Shown: positions 29,408 to 40,650 of the stretch, one piece after another
How the letters are laid out: the number at the start of each line of letters is the position of its first letter
Numbering within the stretch: position 1 is the first letter of the stretch
Assembly: GCA_964461835.1 (NCBI GenBank)
Contig: CAYWVO010000015.1
Coordinates: 1,273-65,272 of the forward strand
DNA from: an uncultured Ignavibacteria bacterium
GTDB taxonomy: Bacteria > Zixibacteria > MSB-5A5 > WJJR01 > JAJRUJ01
DNA: 64,000 nt
Direction: 5' to 3'
Notes under the pieces: generated by a model
What the model saw: the letters and a program-made list of their open reading frames with translations, nothing else
The model's database searches: none
What the model was told of the DNA's origin: nothing
Translations under genes and position numbers: made by a program

Positions 29408-32400
29408 TTACGGTTGGCACGGTAGGGCGCGGCCGCGGAAGACGTGGTTTACCACAAAGACCAGGTCTATGACCCCGATATCACCATCACAGTTGGCATC
29501 GTGGTCGATATACGGCGCAAAGTAGAATGCCTGTCCCCGGTACATGAAGTTGACCATCTTGATCACGTAGATCGGACTGTAGCGCGGCCGCATCGGTAGA
29601 ATCCCGGAATTCCAGTTGTCCCGGCGAAACCGCGGCCAGGGATGGCCTCTATTCTGATATTCGATCGGAAAATCCCATGTGGTTATTTGTTGCCCGGTGG
29701 ATTCCAACGTCAAAATGTTCAAGCTGTCGTTGGCGTTGATATCCGCGGTAATCGGTGCGGCCAACTGGTTTCCCATCCCGAAGCCGATGCGCAGGGGGTA
29801 GCCCGGTAGTAGCGCTCCAGCAGGAGAGAGAGCATACAGATATTCGTTTCCGTAAAAGAATTGACCGGCTTTGAGAATGATTTCCGGATCCCCGTCTCCC
29901 GTGATATCGGTAAGCGAGACCGCCGAACAGGATCCACCAATGTGTAAAAACGTACCATCGGGATTTTCCGGCAGCAGCGACGTCCCGTCGGCATGGTAGG
30001 CCTTAACAATTGCATCGCTGAGGAAATAGGCGGTGACGAAGATTTCGGGCAATTGATCACCATCGACGTCACCTGCAGCCAGGGGATTCATGATGAGATC
30101 GTCGCGCGAAAGTCCGGTATTTACCGGCCATCCCGCAAGTGTCGTTCCATCAGCTTTCAAGACTTCAATGTGCCATTCATCTGAATCGTTCGGCAGGTAA
30201 CAGATGGCGATTTCCCGTTGTTTGTCGTCGTCGAAGTTGCCAATTGCCATCCCGTGCGTGGATTCATAGTCGCGTATTTGTGCCTCGGTGGTATTATAGG
30301 GATGTCCAGTCACTGCATTGAAGACCCAGAGACCATCGGCGGCCACCACCAGTTCGTTATCGCCATCCGGCGTGCCGCCAAAATAACTGCCCAGGTCAAC
30401 GACCGACGCCTTGGGAACCGCTGCCTTATTCGTATGAAACACATCCACGATGAGGTGCCCGGTCTGCCAGGAATATGCATTCGCGTAGGCGTCGAATGCC
30501 CGGACCACGCCGCCTGCGTCGATGGAAAGCACGTACGGTTCACCGGTAACATCGTAGTTATTGTGTAAATCGCAGACTTGCGGTACCGCGACACCGTATA
30601 TCTCGCCACCGCCGGTAAATTCCCGGGGCCAGTTCGCGAAAGGCTCACCAAAGTAGGTAAGGGCGTGCATGAAATTGCCGGAAGCAATGACGATATCGTT
30701 AAGCTGGTCGTTATCGAGGTCGACCACACTGGGTACTGACTGAAAATTATCCGCGAGGTTCCGGGGCCAGCCCGGCGTTAGCTCACCGTTTTCCTCGAAC
30801 ACGTATAGGCCGTTCGAGGAGGGTATGATAACTTCCATGGTCTGGTCGAACTTCGGATTCAGGTTGGCCATAATCGGCGTATAAAACGCATACGAGGGAA
30901 TGTACACCGGCCAGCCGAGGTGATACGGATTATCGATGAACACGCGTACAGAGTCACTCTTGGTCCCGCTGTCGTATTCGGTAGTCAGTTTCAGATAATA
31001 CCAGCCGCTGGTCGCAGGATCAATGGTCCAGGTGAGCAGCGAATCGTCAACCACCGGTCTCGTACCGGTCCAGATAACGGTCGTGTCGTCTGATGCAATT
31101 TCCGGAAACACGGTAAAGCGCGACGAGCGATAATCCGGCGCGACACTCGTTCCTTCGATGTTGGCAATGATCGCCAAACTATCACCATCAATCGGCGAAA
31201 TAATTTCGGTATTCGGCAGATTGCCCACCGTGATTGTCACTCGGTCTTCGTGACCCGACGGGGAGGACAAGCGCAGGGTGTAGGTGCCGTTCGAGGTGCC
31301 GGTTGACCACAGGCTGAGAATATCATTCTCAATCGCCGTATTGCCCGTGGCGATGGTGGTCCAGGTGGCAGGATCGATGCTTGAGCCATAGTCCAACTGG
31401 AACGCCGAAAAGGCAGGACCCGCAGCCGTACCGGTAATTTCGACCGTGCCCGATACCAGGTCGCCTTCATGCGGCGTTTCAATGCTCAGGGTGATTCCCG
31501 CGAGTTGGTTTATCACCTGATTTAAATCAATCAGACCATGACCGGTAAATTTATCCCACCCCGGATATGAATCTCCCTCCAGATAGGGATCGACAAGATC
31601 GACGCAAGCAGATTTGAGCAACGCACCGATTTCATCGGGGGAAAGACCGCTCTCAAAAGCCATAACCACTGCCGCACACCCAACGGCATGAGGGGCGGAC
31701 ATGCTGGTGCCGCTGGCAATAAGATAATCTTCTTCCACGATATGGACACCCGGTTCACCGCCGTCAGCATAAAGATCGGTTCCGGCCGCACGCAGAGAAA
31801 GTATAGCCTCACCCGGCGCCACCAAATCAACAAAGTCTCCGATCGTGGAGAACCAGGCAAGCGCACCATCGTAAGAGAACGCTCCGATTCCCAGCGTGAG
31901 TGAGTCGGCCGCGGGGAAATTATACGTTTCGACACCGTCATTCCCGGTGGAGCTGATTGAGAGCACTCTGCGGGAGTGGGCATACGCAATGGCGTCGGAG
32001 ACGGTCTTGGATGGATACGGTGAACCGAAGGACATGTTGAGCACTTGCGCGCCGTTGTCCGTAGCATAATAAATGGACTGCGCCACTACCGAATTAAAGG
32101 CGGCGGGAAAAACCTTAATCGTCATGATGCGGGCATCAGCGGCTACGCCGGCAATGCCCAAGGCATTGTCGGTAACACCGGAGATAATCCCGGCAACATG
32201 GGTACCATGCCCCAGGGGATCGGTGGGATCGGGATCCGGAATCAATTCGTTGGGTAAGGCGAATTCGTCCCCGGAAAAATCATAGCCGTAGTAATCATCA
32301 ACGAATCCGTTGTGGTCATCATCGAGACCATTGTCCTCAATCTCTCCCGGATTACGCCAGAGGTGACCCTGCAAGTCTTCATGGATTAAATCGGAGCCGG

Positions 32401-33025
32401 TGTCAATAACGCCGACCACGACCGGCGAACGGGGTCCGCCGTACTCGTGCACGACCGGGAAATTAATATCATTACCGGGTACTGCCGGTACCCAGGCGAG
32501 AGTATCATTTTCCTCACCGGGGATGCGGGTGACGACCGGAATTGTCTGGCCGGTGTTCTGTAACCCCCACTGGTACGTATACAGCGGATCGTTTGGCGCC
32601 TGGTGCAAGGTCATCAGGCGGTCATATTCGACATACTCGACCCAGGGTTCGGCCTCGAGGTGTTCTTTCATCAAATCCAGCGCGATAGTATCAGGGAAAG
32701 TAAGTACGAAAATGCGTGCGGCAGGGTGCTCGGTGCCGGGAGCCACTTTGCCGAGTCCGGTCGCCGCTTCCGGTAACAATGGCCGGGCTGCCGGATTGCC
32801 GAATGTTCGAAAGATGTCTGCCGCACCGCCGCCCGGAGCACCCGTACGTTGCTGGTTGAGATCAAACTCTGATTGTAGCTTGACAATCAAGCCCGCCGGT
32901 TCGTTTTGCCGGGTGTTTGCCGGGTTGGAGTTGGGAAAGAAGGCAGACGCCTTTGGCGTTACAGCTGTCAGCACGAAAACGGTGCCTGCCATCAGCAGCA
33001 AGGATCGCGGGAAAGACATTTTCAT
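29408..33025 (-). CDS. Secreted S8 (subtilisin-family) serine peptidase with Ig-like and FG-GAP/VCBS repeats and a dockerin-like tail
   Basis: Catalytic triad VIDTG / GHGTHVAG / SGTSMSAP; GWP-DLDND repeats; C-terminal DANCDGDIGVIDLVFVVNHVF. Start uncertain (33019-33100). Confidence 0.92.
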   Translation of the reverse strand: MKMSFPRSLLLMAGTVFVLTAVTPKASAFFPNSNPANTRQNEPAGLIVKLQSEFDLNQQRTGAPGGGAADIFRTFGNPAARPLLPEAATGLGKVAPGTEHPAARIFVLTFPDTIALDLMKEHLEAEPWVEYVEYDRLMTLHQAPNDPLYTYQWGLQNTGQTIPVVTRIPGEENDTLAWVPAVPGNDINFPVVHEYGGPRSPVVVGVIDTGSDLIHEDLQGHLWRNPGEIEDNGLDDDHNGFVDDYYGYDFSGDEFALPNELIPDPDPTDPLGHGTHVAGIISGVTDNALGIAGVAADARIMTIKVFPAAFNSVVAQSIYYATDNGAQVLNMSFGSPYPSKTVSDAIAYAHSRRVLSISSTGNDGVETYNFPAADSLTLGIGAFSYDGALAWFSTIGDFVDLVAPGEAILSLRAAGTDLYADGGEPGVHIVEEDYLIASGTSMSAPHAVGCAAVVMAFESGLSPDEIGALLKSACVDLVDPYLEGDSYPGWDKFTGHGLIDLNQVINQLAGITLSIETPHEGDLVSGTVEITGTAAGPAFSAFQLDYGSSIDPATWTTIATGNTAIENDILSLWSTGTSNGTYTLRLSSPSGHEDRVTITVGNLPNTEIISPIDGDSLAIIANIEGTSVAPDYRSSRFTVFPEIASDDTTVIWTGTRPVVDDSLLTWTIDPATSGWYYLKLTTEYDSGTKSDSVRVFIDNPYHLGWPVYIPSYAFYTPIMANLNPKFDQTMEVIIPSSNGLYVFEENGELTPGWPRNLADNFQSVPSVVDLDNDQLNDIVIASGNFMHALTYFGEPFANWPREFTGGGEIYGVAVPQVCDLHNNYDVTGEPYVLSIDAGGVVRAFDAYANAYSWQTGHLIVDVFHTNKAAVPKASVVDLGSYFGGTPDGDNELVVAADGLWVFNAVTGHPYNTTEAQIRDYESTHGMAIGNFDDDKQREIAICYLPNDSDEWHIEVLKADGTTLAGWPVNTGLSRDDLIMNPLAAGDVDGDQLPEIFVTAYFLSDAIVKAYHADGTSLLPENPDGTFLHIGGSCSAVSLTDITGDGDPEIILKAGQFFYGNEYLYALSPAGALLPGYPLRIGFGMGNQLAAPITADINANDSLNILTLESTGQQITTWDFPIEYQNRGHPWPRFRRDNWNSGILPMRPRYSPIYVIKMVNFMYRGQAFYFAPYIDHDANCDGDIGVIDLVFVVNHVFRGRALPCQP

Positions 33026-33265
33026 CAGTGCGAGCATCTGCAGGAAAACCACCTTAACCACCCTTCCCCAAGCACTACCAAGAGTACGTGTCTGCTCCAC
33101 CTGTTGATAAACATAATGGTCGGAGACATTTCTGTCAAGCGTAATTTGTTGTTCATTAACTAGTTACGGCATTTCGCGGAGAATCTTTAGCAGAAACCCA
33201 GGCGCTTTATCCACTGAGAGTTACACTTTTGGTTTATATTATAGCGGGTATCGTTCGTTGAGGTA

Positions 33266-34273
33266 ATGATGGAATTATCCGAGCTTGGTGAATTTGGTTT
33301 GATTGGGCGTATTGCGAAAGGTGGCATCATCCGCCCGGAGGAAGGGCTGGTGGGTATTGGCGATGATTGTGCCGTGATCCCGCTTCGAGGAACGCACGAT
33401 CTGTTACTCACCACCGATCTTTTAGTGGAAGATATTCATTTCCTGCGTGCCGAAACATCTCTCCGGGAATTGGGCCGGAAATCAATTGCAGTGAATGTTT
33501 CGGATATCGCGGCGTGCGGTGGCACACCGCGTGAGGCGATTGTGTCAGTCGCGCTGCCACCCGGCATCGATGTCGCCTATTGTGATGAGCTCTTTGGTGG
33601 GATGAAAGAGCAGGCTCATAGATGGCGGGTCAATATAATTGGCGGTGACACGACGCGATCCAAGCGGGCTCTGATGATCAGTGTGGCGGTCACCGGATTT
33701 GTTGCTGCCGGAAGGGCCGTACTGCGCTCCGGGGCAAAAGCGGGAGATGTTGTCTGTGTCACCGGGAATCTGGGGGATGCGGCGGCCGGTTTGGATCTGC
33801 TACTCCATCATCCCGAATTAAAGGAGGAATATGCAGCGCTCCTGCGAGCCTTGCATGATCCTACCCCGCACGTCTTGGAGGGCGCAGTGCTGGGCGAAAC
33901 GGACGGGGTGACGGCAATGATCGATGTTTCCGATGGTTTAGCGGCGGACTTGGAGCATATAGGTGCCGCCAGTGGTCTAGGAGCACGCGTTGATGCCGAT
34001 AAGTTGCCGAAATCCAGTGAATTGCGAGATTATGCGGCAACGGTGCAGGCTGATGTGCAGAACCTGGCAGCGGCCGGGGGCGACGATTATATCCTGCTGT
34101 TTACCTGTTCGCCGGAACGCTATGGATCATTGGCGAATTCGCTGGCTGAACAGTGCCGGCGACCGGTACATCGGATAGGAGAAATGACCTCGGAGTCGGG
34201 AATTGAGTTTGTCCTTCCCGACGGATCACGCTCGGAGCTTACCAGAGCGGGCTGGGATCACTTTTCTCCCTAA
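33266..34273 (+). CDS. thiL: Thiamine-monophosphate kinase
   Basis: GEFGLI, GIGDDCA, TTDLLVEDIHF, NVSDIAACGG, GGDT, MIDVSDGL, GGDDY.LLF, GWDHF. Confidence 0.96.
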   Translation: MMELSELGEFGLIGRIAKGGIIRPEEGLVGIGDDCAVIPLRGTHDLLLTTDLLVEDIHFLRAETSLRELGRKSIAVNVSDIAACGGTPREAIVSVALPPGIDVAYCDELFGGMKEQAHRWRVNIIGGDTTRSKRALMISVAVTGFVAAGRAVLRSGAKAGDVVCVTGNLGDAAAGLDLLLHHPELKEEYAALLRALHDPTPHVLEGAVLGETDGVTAMIDVSDGLAADLEHIGAASGLGARVDADKLPKSSELRDYAATVQADVQNLAAAGGDDYILLFTCSPERYGSLANSLAEQCRRPVHRIGEMTSESGIEFVLPDGSRSELTRAGWDHFSP

Positions 34274-34460
34274 ACGGGATCAACAACCTACCCCCGACCA
34301 TACCGTATAGTCTTGCCCCCGCGGTCGCTGTCAAATACTACAATTTTTCTGTAATTTTTTCCAGAGAAACGAGTTACGCCCCCTCTCCAAGGGTCACATC
34401 AGTTGGCTCCTCGTTGATATTGTCACCTTTTTTGCGTATGTTAATGGTGAGGGAGAATTT

Positions 34461-35228
34461 ATGGCTAGTGTAAAGACAGCATCGGAACAGCACAACGGCG
34501 CAAATGCGGTCAGCAAAGCTGATAAATCCACCCTTTTCCATCACGCATCACCCGGCGAACAACCGCCCAACGATGCCGGGTATTTGGAGTTCCTGAGCTT
34601 TGCCATGTTTAGTTCAGCCATAGGCAACCACAAAGCGATTTCCGAGGTCTGGCCGGACATTCTCTACAGTTTCAAGAGCTTCCATGTCCAGCGGGTCTCC
34701 GAGTTCAGTGATCAGGACGTACAGGAGGTACATGAACGGGTGCCGATACTGCGCGACAAGGCTCAGGTTTCGGCGGTGGTTACCAATGCCGTCTCCATGA
34801 TGCGTATTGCACAGGTGTACGGGTCTTTCAAAAAGTACCTGCGAACATTCGAAGAGGACGGACCGGGGGAATTGCTCAAAGACCTTGCCGATCGATTTCC
34901 TCAGGTTGAGCGGAATGTGTTTCAGGAGTTTCTGAAATACGCCGCGACCGGAATCAAGCTTCCGGAACCGCCCAAGGCCAATCGGGGCGGGAAATCCGGC
35001 CGGTCCGGTCGCTCTCAGCGACGCAACAGCCGTCCGCCTAACGGCTCGTCGCAGCGCGGTAGGCCGCGATCGAAATCGAGGCGATCGTCTGGTTCGGGGG
35101 GCGGCCCGAATGCCGGCAACCAGAAACAGGGTGGTGCGAAAGGTAGCGGGCAAGGCAAATCCCGCCGCTCCCGCCGCCAGCGCTTCGGCGGCCGCAAAAA
35201 GAAGGAGAAATCCAGTTCCGGTTCCTGA
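34461..35228 (+). CDS. DNA-3-methyladenine glycosylase I (Tag)-like domain, degenerate, with basic R/G/S-rich C-terminal tail
   Basis: P.ND..YLE.L...F..F...RVS.F...D.....ILRD..V.A...NA.......YGSFK.YL matches the Tag fold pattern, but the QAGLSW motif is replaced. The ~85-aa tail is low-complexity. Confidence 0.6.
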   Translation: MASVKTASEQHNGANAVSKADKSTLFHHASPGEQPPNDAGYLEFLSFAMFSSAIGNHKAISEVWPDILYSFKSFHVQRVSEFSDQDVQEVHERVPILRDKAQVSAVVTNAVSMMRIAQVYGSFKKYLRTFEEDGPGELLKDLADRFPQVERNVFQEFLKYAATGIKLPEPPKANRGGKSGRSGRSQRRNSRPPNGSSQRGRPRSKSRRSSGSGGGPNAGNQKQGGAKGSGQGKSRRSRRQRFGGRKKKEKSSSGS

Positions 35229-35419
35229 ACGGACTACCACCGCGAAATCGGGTAATGCCGGACGAGCATTAGCGCCACATGAGTTTTGTGCTCCAGCCGG
35301 CGGCGTACAGCGCCGCCGGCTTTGTCTTTGATTGCCTCGCCAGATTGAGAATTCTATATTCCTACCGGAAACCCATGTCGATCAAGTATTGTATGATAAG
35401 AACGTTGCCGAAAGGATAG

Positions 35420-36388
<969 letters not shown>

Positions 36389-36392
36389 ACCC

Positions 36393-36911
36393 ATGGTTCG
36401 TACAACAGCCGTAGTAACGGCATTGCTGCTCGCCGTGAGTGTACCGGCAACCGCGCAAGTTCCGATTGGTTTGATTGACATGGATCGGATTTTCGAGGAA
36501 GAGTCCCGCTTTGCTCGGGCGCAGGGTGAGATCGATGATATGGTCGCGCAATTTGAACGGGAACGTGAGGAATGGGAGAAAGACCTGCGCGACTTATCGG
36601 AACGGATCCAGCAGGTACGGGAGAGCCGCCGGGACAGCGAAATTGAGATGTATACGCGCCGGATGGCTGAGAAATCGCAGGAATACCAGCGGTTCATGGA
36701 GGAGACCTTCGGGCCGGAGGGAATTATCGAAAAGAACTCCAATGAAATTATGGAACCGCTCTATGAGAAGCTGGAATCTGCCTGCGAGAAAGTCGGGGAG
36801 GCGCAGGGCATTCCCCTGATTGTCGATCAGGACAATCTCGGTGTGTGGTATGCAGCGGATACACTGGATGTCACCACAGCGGTCCTGGATGAACTCAAGC
36901 GTATCTGGTAA
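36393..36911 (+). CDS. skp: OmpH/Skp family periplasmic chaperone
   Basis: Signal peptide, IGLIDMDRIF, coiled coil, LIVD...YA...DVT..VL..L. Confidence 0.8.
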   Translation: MVRTTAVVTALLLAVSVPATAQVPIGLIDMDRIFEEESRFARAQGEIDDMVAQFEREREEWEKDLRDLSERIQQVRESRRDSEIEMYTRRMAEKSQEYQRFMEETFGPEGIIEKNSNEIMEPLYEKLESACEKVGEAQGIPLIVDQDNLGVWYAADTLDVTTAVLDELKRIW

Positions 36912-37006
36912 TGGTGGTGTCGGGTTTCTCGGTCGCCGCCCTGGCGGGGATCTCGGAACCCAACCTATTTCTGGATTCCCATCATAAAGTTTGTTATCTA
37001 CCGACC

Positions 37007-37978
37007 GTGCCACGACCACGCCGCGCATGTATAACCGGGATCGCCGGCTTTGCCGGCTCGTATCTCGCAGAGACCCTGGTCGCTGCCGGATATGATGTGT
37101 ACGGGACCCGCCTTCGCGGTGAAACGCTGGAACACCTTGCCGGTATCCGCAAGCACGTGACGGTGCGGGTGTTGGATATTCGCTCGTCGCGCGCGTGCGC
37201 GACGTTACTGGAAACATGGAGGCCGGACGCCCTTTTTCATCTCGCCGCACAGAGTGATGTCGGATTATCCTTTGCCGATCCGGTTATGACCATGACGGTG
37301 AATTATGGGGGTACGCTGAATCTGTTGGAGGTGATCCGCGAGGACGCGGCGGTCCGGCGTCGACTACAATCGTGTATAGTTGTCGGCTCATCCGATATGT
37401 ACGGCAAAGTAACCACGAGAGATTTACCACTCAAGGAATCGCAACCGCTTAATCCAGTGAGTCCCTACGCGATCTCAAAAGCCGCAGTGGATTTTTTGGC
37501 GGCGACCTATCACCACGCGTATGGGTTGCCGATAATTCGGGTAAGAGCATTCAATCATGCCGGACCGCGGCAGCGGCAAGGATTTGTTATTCCGGATTTT
37601 GCCGCCCAAATAGTCAAGTTGGAACGACGGAGCAAGAATCGAATTTTGAAAACGGGAAACCTGGCAGTAAAACGCGATATTACCGATGTGCGTGATGTTG
37701 CGCGGGCATACCAGACGATTGCTGAACAGGGAACCGCGGGGGAGGTATATCATATTGGCAGTGGGCAGGCGGTAGCGATTAAGGCGATTCTCGCACAGTT
37801 GCTGAAGATGGCCGCTCGACCGATACAAACTACGGTCGATCCGAAACGAATGCGACCGGCCGAAGTGCCTGTCTTACAAGCGGATATCTCGAAATTGCAT
37901 ACGCTGGGCTGGCAGCCGGAGATTCCCTTAGGGCAAACGCTCCACGATACATTAGAATACTACCGTACTCTGACGTGA
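37007..37978 (+). CDS. GDP-4-keto-6-deoxy-D-mannose reductase (Rmd-like) / GDP-sugar SDR
   Basis: ITGIAGFAGSYL, HLAAQSDV, SSDMYG, P.SPYAISK, RAFNHAGPRQ, GNL..RD.TDVRD. The GTG start at 37007 is inferred. Confidence 0.8.
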   Translation: MPRPRRACITGIAGFAGSYLAETLVAAGYDVYGTRLRGETLEHLAGIRKHVTVRVLDIRSSRACATLLETWRPDALFHLAAQSDVGLSFADPVMTMTVNYGGTLNLLEVIREDAAVRRRLQSCIVVGSSDMYGKVTTRDLPLKESQPLNPVSPYAISKAAVDFLAATYHHAYGLPIIRVRAFNHAGPRQRQGFVIPDFAAQIVKLERRSKNRILKTGNLAVKRDITDVRDVARAYQTIAEQGTAGEVYHIGSGQAVAIKAILAQLLKMAARPIQTTVDPKRMRPAEVPVLQADISKLHTLGWQPEIPLGQTLHDTLEYYRTLT

Positions 37979-37983
37979 CGATT

Positions 37984-39294
37984 ATGAGTACTGAACTCAA
38001 AAATAGAATCATCGAAAAAAGGGCGCACGTAGTGGTCGTCGGCTTGGGCTATGTGGGGCTGCCACTGGCCGCCGGGTTTGCCCGGGAGGGATTTCGGGTA
38101 ACCGGGCTTGATGTTTCAGAGGAGAAAATCACCCTGGTTAACCGCGGAGAATCGGATATCGCTGATGTTCCCAGCGACGAACTTCGGCCGTTAGTCGAGA
38201 CGGAACTATTACGGGCAACGACTGACCCGGCAATTATTCAGGATGCCGATTGCGTGTCGATTTGTGTGCCGACACCGCTTTCGAAAACCAAGGACCCGGA
38301 CGTCTCCTATATTCTGGAGGCGGTTGAATCGATCAAAAAACACCTTCATCCGGGGATGCTGGTGGTACTGGAGTCGACCACGTACCCCGGCACCACGGAA
38401 GAGCTGATCCGTCCGAAACTGGAGGAGACCGGCCTGAAAGTCGGGCAGGATTTTTATCTGGCGTTTTCGCCGGAGCGGGTTGACCCCGGGAACCCCGTAT
38501 ACAAGACCAAGAATACTCCTCGTATTGTGGGTGGTACGACACCTGAATGTTCCGAGATTGCCCGGGTGTTTTATGAGCAGTTTATCGACAAGGTTGTCAC
38601 GGTATCGTCTACGAAAGCGGCCGAGATGGTCAAGCTGCTGGAGAATACGTTCCGCTCGGTTAATATCGGCCTGGTGAATGAGGTCGCCCTGATGTGTGAC
38701 CGTCTGGGCTTAAATGTTTGGGAGATTATCGATGCCGCGGCGACCAAGCCGTTCGGGTTTATGCGGTTTTATCCGGGCCCGGGATTGGGCGGGCATTGTA
38801 TTCCCATCGACCCGCATTACCTGTCGTGGAAACTCAAGTCGTTAAATTATTATGCCCGGTTTATCGAGCTGGCGGGGGATATTAACTCGCGGATGCCGGA
38901 ATACGTGGTGGAGTTAATCAGCCGGTCACTCAATAAACATGCGCAGAAAGCCATTGCGGGGGCGAAGGTGTTCGCCCTGGGCGTGGCGTATAAACGGGAT
39001 ATTTCCGATACGCGTGAATCGCCGGCCCTGGATGTAATCCAGTTGCTCTTGCAGCGGGGCGCCGAGGTCGAGTACGCCGATCCGTTTGTCCCGGAGATTC
39101 ACACCGACAACGGCAATCTTACCCAAGTAGACATTACGCCGGAGCGGTTGCAAGCCTGCGATTGTGCGGTCATCCTTACTGATCATTCATCATTTGATTA
39201 TTACCAAATTTGCAGCCAGGCCTCCCTGGTCGTGGACACGCGCAACGCTACGCGGGGAATCACCAACGCTTCGGCAACCATTATCACGCTCTAG
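37984..39294 (+). CDS. Nucleotide-sugar dehydrogenase (UDP-GlcNAc 6-dehydrogenase, WbpA/WecC family)
   Basis: GLGYVGLPLA, ICVPTPL, LESTTYPGTT, FSPERVDPGN, KLLENTFR, PGPGLGGHCIP.DP, GVAYK.D..D.RESP. Confidence 0.94.
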   Translation: MSTELKNRIIEKRAHVVVVGLGYVGLPLAAGFAREGFRVTGLDVSEEKITLVNRGESDIADVPSDELRPLVETELLRATTDPAIIQDADCVSICVPTPLSKTKDPDVSYILEAVESIKKHLHPGMLVVLESTTYPGTTEELIRPKLEETGLKVGQDFYLAFSPERVDPGNPVYKTKNTPRIVGGTTPECSEIARVFYEQFIDKVVTVSSTKAAEMVKLLENTFRSVNIGLVNEVALMCDRLGLNVWEIIDAAATKPFGFMRFYPGPGLGGHCIPIDPHYLSWKLKSLNYYARFIELAGDINSRMPEYVVELISRSLNKHAQKAIAGAKVFALGVAYKRDISDTRESPALDVIQLLLQRGAEVEYADPFVPEIHTDNGNLTQVDITPERLQACDCAVILTDHSSFDYYQICSQASLVVDTRNATRGITNASATIITL

Positions 39295-39385
39295 CCACGG
39301 AATAATCCCGCGGACAGGGGGTATGGGCATTATCTGATTATCTAGCGGTTGAGCTGTGCTGTCGCGACCCAGGGAAGGTGTGTTC

Positions 39386-40294
39386 ATGAAGAAGCTATTG
39401 CTGCTCTGCGGCCTACTGGTGGTAATCGGTTGCGCGGACAGCACCATCGAGCCGGGTAGCGGCTCGGTAGAGTTTACCTTTCGGGTGCTCAATTCCGTGG
39501 GATACCAAGTGCGGTCAATCGAGCACGGCAAGCCGATTCATTTCGAATTGGTGATTACCAACGGCACCGATGAGACAATCACGGTGGAGACCGGCGAGCG
39601 GCGTCCGGCCGCCGCATTTTACCTGGAGGGAGAAACCCACAGTTTCGGGCACGTAAACCGGCTGGACAGCCGTGCCCCGCGCGACAGTGTATTTATCCTG
39701 CATCCACGGGAGAGCCTGCGGCACACCGTGGCCTGGAGCTTAAATCCCTGGAATGCGCCGCCGCCCGTGGGCGAGTATATTGCGCATGCCGATGTATCCG
39801 CAGAGATTGATGGCCGGGAACCGGAAGGTCACTTAACGCAGGAATTGTCCGTCGTGCCACCGGAGGCGGGCGCGCAGGAAGTCTTTGCCTGGTATCGTAC
39901 ACCGGCGTTTGGGTTCTGCCCGCCGGCAAATCGGATCTACTGGGCAAGTGTCATGCGCTACGCCGGTGGCCGTCATGTACTCCGGGGTACCATTGCGTTC
40001 GATAACTCGATCCTCACTATGCCCTGCGGTCCGCCGGATTACTGTATCGCGCAACAACCATTCGAGGATGTAGTTTTGACCGAGGAACAAGAAGACGAAC
40101 TTTACGATCTGTTGAACTCGTTCCCGGACGAAGAACACGTTATCGATCCCGCCTGTGATCCGTGTCGAATAGACTACTATTATCTTCGTGGCCGGGAGAA
40201 GGAAATAAATCCCTGCGCCTCAGGCTCCGAGTTGTTCTGGATGAAAGTCGCCGAGATCGATACGTTTTTGCATCAGGTGGCGGGGTTGGAGTAG
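39386..40294 (+). CDS. Hypothetical lipoprotein (Ig-like N-domain, Cys-containing C-domain)
   Basis: MKKLLLLCGLLVVIGC lipobox; FELVITNGT..L.P.E....W..P.GEY (BsuPI-like Ig pattern). Confidence 0.65.
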   Translation: MKKLLLLCGLLVVIGCADSTIEPGSGSVEFTFRVLNSVGYQVRSIEHGKPIHFELVITNGTDETITVETGERRPAAAFYLEGETHSFGHVNRLDSRAPRDSVFILHPRESLRHTVAWSLNPWNAPPPVGEYIAHADVSAEIDGREPEGHLTQELSVVPPEAGAQEVFAWYRTPAFGFCPPANRIYWASVMRYAGGRHVLRGTIAFDNSILTMPCGPPDYCIAQQPFEDVVLTEEQEDELYDLLNSFPDEEHVIDPACDPCRIDYYYLRGREKEINPCASGSELFWMKVAEIDTFLHQVAGLE

Positions 40295-40354
40295 AGGAAT
40301 TTCAGTTAGTGTATGCGCCCGTGTACGCCAATGAAAAATGATTGAGGAACTGTC

Positions 40355-40444
40355 GTGCCGTCTTCCGGGATTGATTTGGCAACGATCATAGCGCTTGTGT
40401 TAATTGCCGTGTACTTGTTCTGGCGGTTTCGCAAGAAACCATAG
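40355..40444 (+). CDS. Small single-TM protein, 29 aa (not in the ORF track)
   Basis: GAGGA 6 nt before GTG; translates MPSSGIDLATIIALVLIAVYLFWRFRKKP, a clean hydrophobic helix with a basic tail. Confidence 0.6.
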   Translation: MPSSGIDLATIIALVLIAVYLFWRFRKKP

Positions 40445-40650
40445 AACCGAATGACATGCGTCAATCTGACGTCCAGAGACCAGCGCACTACCCCAGCCTT
40501 GTCACCGCGGTGTCTGCCTCTGCGGCTGATCAGCAGTGCGCGGAAGCCACACACCCTGCATTATTCGAGTTGAATTACGTCGATAAAGTGTTAATTCTAT
40601 CCTCGGCCCGTCAAAGAGATCGGGATCCAGCAGGTTCGGATCCAGCTAGG

